From Bacteroidota bacterium (GTDB taxonomy: Bacteria; Bacteroidota; Bacteroidia; JABEUT01): 62,107 nucleotides of DNA. Location of the stretch: positions 171-62,277 of the forward strand of contig JABDAL010000006.1 in NCBI GenBank assembly GCA_013289165.1. Reading direction: 5' to 3'. The notes below the pieces were generated by a model. The model made no database searches and was not told where the DNA came from. It was given only the letters and a program-made list of their open reading frames with translations. A program made the position numbers and the translations under genes. Positions 27,798 through 36,903 of the stretch are shown one piece after another (position 1 is the first letter of the stretch; every line of letters starts with the position of its first letter).

Positions 27798-28895
27798 ATG
27801 GATAAAGACCTTCTTTATAAAATAGGACTTACTTTTATTGACCATGTGGGGCATGTAACCTCTAAGGTTCTTATTTCCTATTGTGGTAGTGCCGAAGCCG
27901 TGTTTAAAGAAAAGAAACAAAATCTGCTGAAGATACCCGATATTGGTGAAGTTACAGCAGAAGCAATTGTTAAGCAGGATATACTTCACCTTGCGGAAAA
28001 GGAAATAAAGTTTATAGAAAAAAATAATATTACTCCGCTTTTTTATTTGGATAAGAACTATCCACTGCGGTTAAAACAGTGTGTTGACTGCCCTGTTATT
28101 TTATATTACAAAGGCAATGCCAATCTTGATGCAGAAAGAATTGTTGCCATAGTTGGAACCCGAAATGCTACAGACTATGGCAAAAAAATGTGCAATGAAC
28201 TGGTGGAAGGATTAAAAGATACGGGCGTATTAATAATAAGCGGCCTCGCTTTTGGAATAGATGCTGCAAGCCATAAAGCGGCTCTAAAAGCAGGATTGCC
28301 TACAGTAGCTGTAGTTGGGCATGGACTAGATAAGATATATCCCGCTACACATGATGGCCTTGCCAAAAAGATGCTCGAAAATGGAGGATTATTATCTGAT
28401 TTCACAAGTGAAACCAATCTTGCCCCTGAAAATTTTCCTAAACGTAATCGCATCATTGCGGGCATGTCGGATGCCGTAGTTGTGGTTGAGTCGAAAGCTG
28501 CAGGTGGAGCTATCATCACAGCTGATATTGCTTTTTCCTATAGTAGGGAAGTATTTGCTATTCCGGGTAGGGGTGACGATGTGTTTTCACAGGGTTGTAA
28601 TAAACTCATCAGGCAAAACAAAGCAGCACTCATTCAATCTGCAGAAGATTTACTGGATAGCTTGGGATGGAAAGAGACAAAAAAGAAAACACGACCACAA
28701 GTACAACTATTTCAGGATTTGAAGCCACAGGAAGAAGCAATTGTAAAGGTTCTTCAAACGCAGGGGGCACCTATGCATATTGATGATATTGCATTGCAGG
28801 CTAACTTATCGCCCGGAAATCTTTCAACTCATTTGCTTACCCTTGAATTTGCAGGAATACTACGTTCGCTGCCGGGTAAAATGTACTCGTTATAA
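27798..28895 (+). CDS. dprA: DNA-processing protein DprA
   Basis: YPLRL..CP..LY.KG, VAIVGTR, SGLAFGID, FPKRNRIIAG, GAIITA, REVFAIPG, C-terminal winged helix. Confidence 0.96.
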   Translation: MDKDLLYKIGLTFIDHVGHVTSKVLISYCGSAEAVFKEKKQNLLKIPDIGEVTAEAIVKQDILHLAEKEIKFIEKNNITPLFYLDKNYPLRLKQCVDCPVILYYKGNANLDAERIVAIVGTRNATDYGKKMCNELVEGLKDTGVLIISGLAFGIDAASHKAALKAGLPTVAVVGHGLDKIYPATHDGLAKKMLENGGLLSDFTSETNLAPENFPKRNRIIAGMSDAVVVVESKAAGGAIITADIAFSYSREVFAIPGRGDDVFSQGCNKLIRQNKAALIQSAEDLLDSLGWKETKKKTRPQVQLFQDLKPQEEAIVKVLQTQGAPMHIDDIALQANLSPGNLSTHLLTLEFAGILRSLPGKMYSL

Positions 28896-29023
28896 CAGAA
28901 ATAGAGTGTAACTTTTTTCGTGCCATACCGTCTTACGCAAAATTCTGAACAAACCTCCGGATTTATTGTTATTTAGCAAAGTTTTTACAAATAATAGTTA
29001 ATTTAGTAACCAAATTATTTAGT

Positions 29024-30175
29024 ATGAATACAACTCCCCTCAAAAGTAAGGCCTACTATTTTATGGCGGTTCTGTTAGCCACTATTGCTGTCTATCCGCT
29101 ATTATTTATCTATTTGTCGATTGTTTTTATCAACGACCATACCCTGGAGATGATAATTACTAATGGGATTTTCCTGGTATCTATTTTACTTCTTATGATA
29201 GCTATACCATCCTTTGTTACATTCTTTTCCACTAGAAGAAACAGCCAGGAAAAGGTAGAGTATTATGCTGTTGCTATTTTATGCTATGTAATAGGATATA
29301 TTATGCTATTCTATGGTACAGATAAGTTGATAAATAAGCAATTTGTGGTTTTTTATAAGGGATTAGATACCAGGCTAAATGATATAGATTCATATACCCT
29401 TACGTGGTATTATTACGGACGTTCCAATACTCAGGTTTTTATTATGGGTTTTTTAGAAACATTGCCTGCGTTGCTATTACTTTTCCGAAGAACACGGTTT
29501 ATTGGTTCGATTATTATGTTGCCGGTCATTGCAAATGTTTTGGTAACAAATATTTTTAATCGTATTTCACCATTCACTTTGTTTGCCATAACACTGCTTA
29601 CCATTTTCAACCTATTTATTATATATTCCTATAAGAATGAAATAAAGGAGCTCGTAAAAAAGATAAATACTATTCGTACTCACGGAGCGAAAAATTCCAG
29701 GTGGAGGATTCCCATTATAGCTTGTAAGATACTATTTTGGGGATTTATTGTTGTTATATTGGGAATGAAGACCAAGTCATATTTAAGAAACGAGGATAAC
29801 TTTTTATATGGAAATGGAGCGTATCAATTAACGGGCTTGAAGATAAATGATAAGCAAATAAACCTGGATAGCGTTCCTGCCAGATGGTACAAGAAAATAT
29901 ATAAAGAGAAAGATAAGAGGTACAACACTATTATAGATGGGAAAGACACGGAACAACGAGCGGATATTGTAATCAATCCCAAGCACGATTCAGTAAAAAT
30001 TGCTACGATTCATTACACTCAATACGATAATACAGAAGAAAATCCAAACACCTTGTTTAGGGGTAGTTTTCAATTATCAGGCAGTCAACTCATACTGAAA
30101 GGGAAACAGGATGGGAATAACATGGAAGCAATATATAAGAAGCTTCCTTTCAAAGACTATAATTGGTGGTGGTAG
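29024..30175 (+). CDS. Multi-pass membrane hypothetical protein (DoxX-like TM core plus soluble C-terminal domain)
   Basis: Several hydrophobic segments and 'LTWYYYGRS...LLLFRRTR' motif. 383 aa. Confidence 0.65.
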   Translation: MNTTPLKSKAYYFMAVLLATIAVYPLLFIYLSIVFINDHTLEMIITNGIFLVSILLLMIAIPSFVTFFSTRRNSQEKVEYYAVAILCYVIGYIMLFYGTDKLINKQFVVFYKGLDTRLNDIDSYTLTWYYYGRSNTQVFIMGFLETLPALLLLFRRTRFIGSIIMLPVIANVLVTNIFNRISPFTLFAITLLTIFNLFIIYSYKNEIKELVKKINTIRTHGAKNSRWRIPIIACKILFWGFIVVILGMKTKSYLRNEDNFLYGNGAYQLTGLKINDKQINLDSVPARWYKKIYKEKDKRYNTIIDGKDTEQRADIVINPKHDSVKIATIHYTQYDNTEENPNTLFRGSFQLSGSQLILKGKQDGNNMEAIYKKLPFKDYNWWW

Positions 30176-30217
30176 TTCACAGGGGTTTTTGTACCTTCGC
30201 CTCTTGTAATTATTCCG

Positions 30218-30823
30218 GTGAAAAATAAAAGATACTTAGGCAGTAATGCCATCTATATTTTGACAGGCAGTTTAATCCTGATGATGTATTCTTCCTGTCG
30301 TAATTCTAATAATACGGGTAGTAACTCTAATCCCCCGACCCAGAAAGCAACGCAAAAAATAAGTTTAGTAAAGCTTTTGGTGGGTAATGGAAATAGTTTT
30401 TTTCGGGCAGTTGAATTAGGGTCTGACTTTAAAACAGTGCTTAACTCCGAAAAGAAAGTGCCCGATGAAAATGACACGGATGATATAAGCTATACGTTTC
30501 CTATAGATACTCTGCAACCTGATTCGGTTAATGAGCCTATCGATTCGGTAAATTATTTTAAGGTTACTTATTATTTTGACAAGGGAAAACTAAATGAGGT
30601 GGATGAAGATGTCTATCTTGAAAATGATTCAGCAGCAGCGATTCTTCTGGATAGACTTACCGGGTACCTTAATTTAAAATATGGGGACTATGCCGGCCAA
30701 AACGACAGCCGTGTTTGGAGCACTATGCGCAACGGAAAAAAGGATTGGGTTTCGCTAAATGACCAAAGTGATGAATATGATAGCGGAAAAATTTCACTCG
30801 TGTTTTATAGTGAAGAATATTAA
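30218..30823 (+). CDS. Hypothetical lipoprotein
   Basis: Hydrophobic leader ending YSSC followed by an Asn/Ser-rich tether. TACCTTCG upstream. Confidence 0.7.
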   Translation: MKNKRYLGSNAIYILTGSLILMMYSSCRNSNNTGSNSNPPTQKATQKISLVKLLVGNGNSFFRAVELGSDFKTVLNSEKKVPDENDTDDISYTFPIDTLQPDSVNEPIDSVNYFKVTYYFDKGKLNEVDEDVYLENDSAAAILLDRLTGYLNLKYGDYAGQNDSRVWSTMRNGKKDWVSLNDQSDEYDSGKISLVFYSEEY

Positions 30824-30832
30824 AAAGTATTC

Positions 30833-32626
30833 ATGGCGGAACCTCTCTTAGAAGTCAAAAATCTTACTGTTGATTTCCATGTTGAACAAGGTAATTTCAG
30901 TGCAGTAAGAGACATAAGCTACTCACTTGAAAAAGGAGAGTGCCTTGGAATAGTAGGTGAATCCGGTTCCGGGAAAACAATTTCTACTTTGGCACTCATG
31001 CGGCTTATTCCACGTGCGGGAAAAATTTCGGGAGGAGAGCTTATTTTCAATTCAAAAAGAAGTGGAAATGTGGCTATTCAAAATCTGGCTGAAAAAGAAA
31101 TGCGTCATTTCCGCGGGAATGAAATAGGCATGATTTTCCAGGAGCCGCTTACTTCATTAAACCCTGTATTGACCTGTGGCTCGCAAGTGATGGAAGCAAT
31201 TATGCTTCACCAGGGTGTTCGAAAGGCTGAAAGCCGAAACAGGACATTGGAACTTTTTAAAAAGGTAAAACTACCAAGACCCGAATCTATACTCGATTCT
31301 TACCCACATCAATTATCAGGAGGACAAAAACAACGGGTGATGATTGCTATGGCTATATCGTGCAATCCTTCACTACTCATTGCGGATGAGCCAACTACTG
31401 CATTAGATGTTACCGTGCAAAAGGCCATTTTAGAACTGATGCAGGAACTCCAGGAAGAAAATGGAATGAGCATTATTTTCATTTCGCACGATTTGGGTGT
31501 AATTGCTGAAATTGCATCGAAAACGGCAGTTATGTATAAGGGACAGATAGTAGAGCAGGGTAATGTATTGGATATTTTTTCTAATCCACAACACCCATAT
31601 ACAAAAGGGCTGCTTGCCTGCCGTCCACCTTTAGATAAGCGTTTACATTTTTTACCAACAGTAGCAGATTTTATGAAAATGGACGGACCTATGCCCCAAA
31701 CTCCTAAAGAGGCTTTGAATAAAGGTTTGGGACTGAATGAAATTACTCCAGAAGAAAGGAGGAAATCTCATCAGAAACTTTATAGCCGACAGCCTATTAT
31801 TAAGCTAGAGAACCTTAAGACCTATTTTCCAATAAATAAAGGCATTTTTGGAAAAACTACCGATTTTGTAAAAGCGGTGGATGATATAAGTTTTGATATT
31901 TATCCCGGCGAAACCTTGGGAATTGTGGGTGAATCGGGATCGGGTAAAACTACATTAGGAAGAACTATTTTACGATTGATTGAACCAACTTCCGGGAACA
32001 TCAGTTACAGAGAACAGGATATTTTAAAACTTTCTCAGGAGGAAATGCGTCCACTCCGGGAAAAACTGCAAATTATTTTCCAGGACCCCTATTCTTCTCT
32101 TAATCCGCACATGACGGTGGGGGAATCTATTTTGGAGCCTATGCGGGTGCACCGTATAGGTAACGACGAGCAGGAACGAAAGACAAAAGCTTTGGAATTA
32201 TTAGAAAGGGTAAACATGGATCCATCGCAGTTTGACCGTTATCCGCATGAGTTTTCCGGCGGACAACGCCAAAGGATTTGCATAGCAAGGGCATTGGCGC
32301 TTAACCCTGAATTTATTGTATGCGATGAGTGTATTTCGGCATTAGATGTATCGGTGCAGGCACAGGTTATAAATCTTTTATCGGAGCTAAAGAGGGATTT
32401 TGGATTTACTTATTTATTTATTTCGCATGATATTTCCGTGGTTAAATTTATTTCAGACCGGATGATTGTGCTTTATAATGGAAAAATAGAAGAGGCAGGT
32501 GATGCCGATGAAATTTACTTCAATCCGCAAAAGGAATACACTAAACGACTAATTAATGCAGTTCCTAAGGGTAGGATTCAAGATATTAAAGCATCTTTGC
32601 AAAGACGAAAAGAGACAGTAAACTAA
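30833..32626 (+). CDS. Oligopeptide/dipeptide-type ABC transporter ATP-binding protein (two fused domains)
   Basis: Two GESGSGK(T) Walker A motifs, YPHQLSGGQ and YPHEFSGGQ signatures, PQHPYT. Confidence 0.95.
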   Translation: MAEPLLEVKNLTVDFHVEQGNFSAVRDISYSLEKGECLGIVGESGSGKTISTLALMRLIPRAGKISGGELIFNSKRSGNVAIQNLAEKEMRHFRGNEIGMIFQEPLTSLNPVLTCGSQVMEAIMLHQGVRKAESRNRTLELFKKVKLPRPESILDSYPHQLSGGQKQRVMIAMAISCNPSLLIADEPTTALDVTVQKAILELMQELQEENGMSIIFISHDLGVIAEIASKTAVMYKGQIVEQGNVLDIFSNPQHPYTKGLLACRPPLDKRLHFLPTVADFMKMDGPMPQTPKEALNKGLGLNEITPEERRKSHQKLYSRQPIIKLENLKTYFPINKGIFGKTTDFVKAVDDISFDIYPGETLGIVGESGSGKTTLGRTILRLIEPTSGNISYREQDILKLSQEEMRPLREKLQIIFQDPYSSLNPHMTVGESILEPMRVHRIGNDEQERKTKALELLERVNMDPSQFDRYPHEFSGGQRQRICIARALALNPEFIVCDECISALDVSVQAQVINLLSELKRDFGFTYLFISHDISVVKFISDRMIVLYNGKIEEAGDADEIYFNPQKEYTKRLINAVPKGRIQDIKASLQRRKETVN

Positions 32627-32629
32627 ATT

Positions 32630-34129
32630 ATGGCGGATTCTCAACTATACGTTTATAATACCCTAAAAAGGGAGCGTGAAGTTTTTGTTCCCCTGCATCC
32701 ACCATTTGTAAGCATGTATGTATGCGGGCCCACAGTGTATGGCAATGCGCATCTCGGCCATGCGCGCCCTTATATTACGTTTGATGTGGTGTGCCGTTAT
32801 TTGATGTACCTGGGTTATAAAGTGCGCTATGTACGCAACATTACTGATGTTGGTCACCTGGAGAATGATGCCGATGTGGGAGAAGATAAAATAGCTAAAA
32901 AAGCCCGCCTTGATAAAGTTGAACCCATGGAAATAGTTCAGCGTTATACCTTGGATTTTCATAAAAACATGGCGCTACTGAATAATCGGTCTCCTTCAAT
33001 AGAACCTTGCGCTTCAGGGCATATCATAGAACAAATCCAGATGATTGAAAAGATTTTGGCTCATGGATATGCTTATTTATCGCAAGGCTCCGTTTATTTT
33101 GATGTGCAACGATTTGAAAAGGATTATCCCTACGGGGAGCTTTCCGGCAGGGTTACCGAAGATTTACAACACAATACCCGCGAACTGGACGGGCAGAGTG
33201 AAAAACATAATCCCCTTGATTTTGCCCTGTGGAAAAAAGCATCCCCCGAGCATATTATGCACTGGCCCTCTCCCTGGAGTGATGGTTTTCCGGGCTGGCA
33301 TATTGAATGTTCAGCTATGAGTGCTAAATATTTAGGGGAAACTTTTGACATACATGGTGGTGGAATGGATTTACTTTTCCCTCACCATGAATGTGAAATT
33401 GCTCAGTCTTTGGGGGCTAACGGAATCTCCCCTGTCCGCTATTGGATGCATAATAATATGCTTACCATAAATGGGCAGAAGATGGGCAAATCACTTAACA
33501 ACTTTATTACGCTGGACGAGCTCTTCAGCGGGAATCATCCTCTGCTTGAAAAGGCGTATAGCCCTATGGCATTACGTTTTTCTATGTTGCAGGCACATTA
33601 CCGCAATCCGATTGATTTTTCAAATAAGGGATTGGAGGATGCAGAGAAGGCATATGAGAAATTAAGTGCTGTATATGTGTTGCTGAAAGAGATGAATTGG
33701 GCAGGGACCACTGTTAATACAGAAATAGAAAAAGTGCTTTCGTCTTTTGAAAAAGAATGTGTGGATGCCATGAATGACGATATAAATACTGCCGTGGTCA
33801 TATCGAATATGTTTAAGGTGTCCTCTTATGTAAATCAATTTTATTCAAGTGGGAAAACAGAAGGAGTAAGCAAGGAAGCTTTTGAGAAATTTAAAAACGC
33901 ATATTTATTGTTCTATAGAGATATACTGGGACTGCTCCCTGACCAACAAATGGAAAGGAGCAATGAGGATTTTGACAAACTGGTAGATAGCTTGGTAGAT
34001 TTAAGAAATAGTGCTAAGAAAGAAAAAAACTTTACGCTGGCGGATGCTCTTAGAAATGTGCTCTCCCAATTTGTAACATTGCAGGATTTGGCCGATAAAA
34101 CGATTTGGAAACATGAAAAGAAAAAATAG
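32630..34129 (+). CDS. cysS: Cysteine--tRNA ligase
   Basis: YVCGPTVY, HLGH, DFALWK, PGWHIECSAM, HGGGMDL..PHHE, KMGKS. Confidence 0.98.
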   Translation: MADSQLYVYNTLKREREVFVPLHPPFVSMYVCGPTVYGNAHLGHARPYITFDVVCRYLMYLGYKVRYVRNITDVGHLENDADVGEDKIAKKARLDKVEPMEIVQRYTLDFHKNMALLNNRSPSIEPCASGHIIEQIQMIEKILAHGYAYLSQGSVYFDVQRFEKDYPYGELSGRVTEDLQHNTRELDGQSEKHNPLDFALWKKASPEHIMHWPSPWSDGFPGWHIECSAMSAKYLGETFDIHGGGMDLLFPHHECEIAQSLGANGISPVRYWMHNNMLTINGQKMGKSLNNFITLDELFSGNHPLLEKAYSPMALRFSMLQAHYRNPIDFSNKGLEDAEKAYEKLSAVYVLLKEMNWAGTTVNTEIEKVLSSFEKECVDAMNDDINTAVVISNMFKVSSYVNQFYSSGKTEGVSKEAFEKFKNAYLLFYRDILGLLPDQQMERSNEDFDKLVDSLVDLRNSAKKEKNFTLADALRNVLSQFVTLQDLADKTIWKHEKKK

Positions 34130-35156
34130 GGTATTCATATTATCAATTTGTGCTTTAATAATGGGATGTTCTGCATGCCATAATAACAGCACAAATAATA
34201 ATAACACTACGGTTTCAAAACCGGATACTGTTTCCGAAACTAAAGTTACTGTGCCTGCATTTAATGCCGATACAGCATATTATTACACCCAAAAACAGGT
34301 TGATTTTGGTCCCCGCATTCCGGGCAGCAAAGCACATAAAGAGTGTCTGGATTTTATTGTTGCCCAATTGGAAAAGGACAGTATGCACCCGGTTATTCAA
34401 AAAACTAAAGCAAGAACATTCGATGGCAAGCAGTTTGAAATTGACAATGTAATTGCTTCTTCCGAACCAAAAAACAATGTCCGCATAATGCTGTGTACAC
34501 ATTGGGATACCCGCCCCTGGGCAGACTTGGATTCTGTGGATGACCATAAATCTTTTGACGGAGCCGATGATGGAGCCAGCGGCGTAGCTATGTTGTTGGA
34601 ACTTGCCAACAAACTTAAACAGTCAAAGGCCGGTACAGGAGTTGACCTTGTTTTTTTTGATTTGGAAGATTACGGCCAACAGGATGAAATTGACTGGGAG
34701 ACGGATAAATATAAAATGCAGGATAATACATGGTGCCTCGGCTCGCAATATTGGGCGAGTAATTTACCTACCAATTACATTATGCCCCGCTTTGGAATTT
34801 TACTGGACATGGTGGGCGGTAAAAATGCTGTCTTTCCTATGGAAGGCCAATCGTTGAGGTTTGCCCCGCAGGTGGTTGATAAGATGTGGAACATAGCTGC
34901 CCAATTAGGATATGGAAATTATTTCAGTCGCGACAGGGCGCCTCTTACTATTGATGATCATTTATATGTAAATACATTGGCGGGTATTCCAACCATTGAT
35001 ATTGTGCATTATGATGTAACCAAACACGATTATCCTTATTTCCATCATAAGCATGGGGATAATATGAGCGTGTTAGATAAAAATACCATGCACGCGGTAG
35101 GAACAGTTTTGCTGAATGTTATATACCGGGAAAATAGTGTCTCCTCAATACCTTGA
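34113..35156 (+). CDS. M28 family peptidase / glutaminyl cyclase-like lipoprotein
   Basis: Lipobox CSAC, FGPRIPGS, HWDTRP, GADDGASG, FDLEDYG, LLDMVG, DDH. Confidence 0.9.
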   Translation: MKRKNRVFILSICALIMGCSACHNNSTNNNNTTVSKPDTVSETKVTVPAFNADTAYYYTQKQVDFGPRIPGSKAHKECLDFIVAQLEKDSMHPVIQKTKARTFDGKQFEIDNVIASSEPKNNVRIMLCTHWDTRPWADLDSVDDHKSFDGADDGASGVAMLLELANKLKQSKAGTGVDLVFFDLEDYGQQDEIDWETDKYKMQDNTWCLGSQYWASNLPTNYIMPRFGILLDMVGGKNAVFPMEGQSLRFAPQVVDKMWNIAAQLGYGNYFSRDRAPLTIDDHLYVNTLAGIPTIDIVHYDVTKHDYPYFHHKHGDNMSVLDKNTMHAVGTVLLNVIYRENSVSSIP

Positions 35157-35205
35157 AAAAGAGGATATTTATTCTTAAATTGGGGCTGTTTTATATCTGC
35201 AATTA

Positions 35206-36903
35206 ATGTTGTTTCAATATAATTTATCCGTGAAAAAAATACTTGTTGCTCTAATCCTGCTGGTAATTCAGGAGAATGTTTTTTCTCAACCCTATTATAA
35301 ATATTGGATACAGTTTACAGACAAGAATAATAGCCCCTATTCTATTAGCAAACCCTCTGCCTACCTTTCTGCAAGGGCTATATACAGACGTAAAAAATAC
35401 AATATACCCATTCAGTTGAATGACTTTCCTCCCAATCCTGCCTACATAGATAGCGTTATTTCCAAAGGTGTAAAATTGCTGAATCGTTCACGCTGGTTTA
35501 ATGCTATTAGCATTAATGCTGTGAGTGCGGCTGACACGGCTGCTGCTATGAAGAAGATAAGAGCTTTGCCATTTGTAAAGAAGTCAACCTTCGTAACCTT
35601 AACAGGTCCGCACAATTCAAACAAAAATCAATATGTGGAGACGATTCAAAACCGTAGCCCATATGCGGTAGATACACTTAATTATGCCAATTCATATAAC
35701 CAGGTACATATGATAGGAATAGATTGCTTGAATAATATGGGCTTCTGCGGAAAAGGTAAACGCATCGCCCAGATTGATGCCAGGTTCGGACAGGCAAATC
35801 TTCTTCCGGCATTTGACAGTTTATTTAATCGCAATGGGATTCTTGGTACTTGGGATTTTGTTTGGGAGGACCCCATTGTGTGGGACGATACCAATAATGT
35901 GGATGTTCATGGGGAAATGGTTTTATCATGTATGGGCGGGAACCTTCCGGGGCAATTGTTGGGAGACGCAAAAGATGCAGATTTTTATTTACTGCGAACG
36001 GAAGATATTCAAAGCGAGTACGAGATTGAAGATGATAATTGGACTTCTGCCGCGGAGTATGCTGATAGCGCGGGTGCAGATGTTATTACTTCATCCCTTG
36101 GATATACCACTTTTGATGATACAAATACTAGTTATACCTATGCGGATATGAATGGGAAAGTAGCGGTTGCAAGCAGGGCTGCTACTATAGCTGTTGAAAA
36201 AGGATTGGTAGTTTGTGTGGCAGCCGGGAACCAGGGCGGAAACCCCTGGCAATATATTTCCTCGCCGGGTGATGCAGATAGTATTCTTACGGTGGGTGCA
36301 GTGGACCCAAGTGGCAACTATGCCGGCTTCAGTTCTAAAGGGCCTACCTCGGATAAACGAATAAAGCCTGATGTAGCTGCACAGGGAGTAAATACTGCTG
36401 TTGCTTCTCCAGGTGGCGGGGTTACCTTTAGTGGAGGTACTTCCTTTGCAACACCTTTAATTGCAGGAGCAGCCGCTTGTTTGTGGCAAAGTGATACCAA
36501 TGCAAGCAATATTCAAATTATGCAGGCAATAAGAGAAAGTGCGAGTCAGTATTTGCATCCCGATACATTATTAGGATATGGGATACCTAATTTCTGTATG
36601 GCTAAAATTATTACCGGAGGCTTTACTGAAAATAAAGTGGTAACAGGCCTTAACAAAGTTTTCCCTGACCCGTTCACAGATAATATTACTGTTTCATTTT
36701 TCTCATCCATAGTGCAAAATGTGAATGTTAAAATGTACAACACATTGGGGCAACTCATTACCCAAAAAACTTGGAAGGTAGCAGGAGGTGGCAATACTCT
36801 TATCCCATTACATGGGTTGGGAAATCTTGTAAAAGGTATATATCTTGTTCTACTAACAGATGAAAAAGGCTCTGTTTATACCAGTAAGATAGTGAAGGAA
36901 TAA
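35206..36903 (+). CDS. S8 (subtilase) serine peptidase with T9SS type A sorting domain
   Basis: Catalytic triad QIDARF / HGEMV / GTSFATP, AAGN, IKPDVAA. C-terminal domain 'VFPDPF...GIYLV...KIVKE'. True start may be GTG 35230. Confidence 0.92.
   Translation: MLFQYNLSVKKILVALILLVIQENVFSQPYYKYWIQFTDKNNSPYSISKPSAYLSARAIYRRKKYNIPIQLNDFPPNPAYIDSVISKGVKLLNRSRWFNAISINAVSAADTAAAMKKIRALPFVKKSTFVTLTGPHNSNKNQYVETIQNRSPYAVDTLNYANSYNQVHMIGIDCLNNMGFCGKGKRIAQIDARFGQANLLPAFDSLFNRNGILGTWDFVWEDPIVWDDTNNVDVHGEMVLSCMGGNLPGQLLGDAKDADFYLLRTEDIQSEYEIEDDNWTSAAEYADSAGADVITSSLGYTTFDDTNTSYTYADMNGKVAVASRAATIAVEKGLVVCVAAGNQGGNPWQYISSPGDADSILTVGAVDPSGNYAGFSSKGPTSDKRIKPDVAAQGVNTAVASPGGGVTFSGGTSFATPLIAGAAACLWQSDTNASNIQIMQAIRESASQYLHPDTLLGYGIPNFCMAKIITGGFTENKVVTGLNKVFPDPFTDNITVSFFSSIVQNVNVKMYNTLGQLITQKTWKVAGGGNTLIPLHGLGNLVKGIYLVLLTDEKGSVYTSKIVKE

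Noticed and set aside
30833-32626. ABC ATPase without permease genes
   Set aside because: Dispersed ABC components are ordinary in Bacteroidota, so partners are probably encoded elsewhere.
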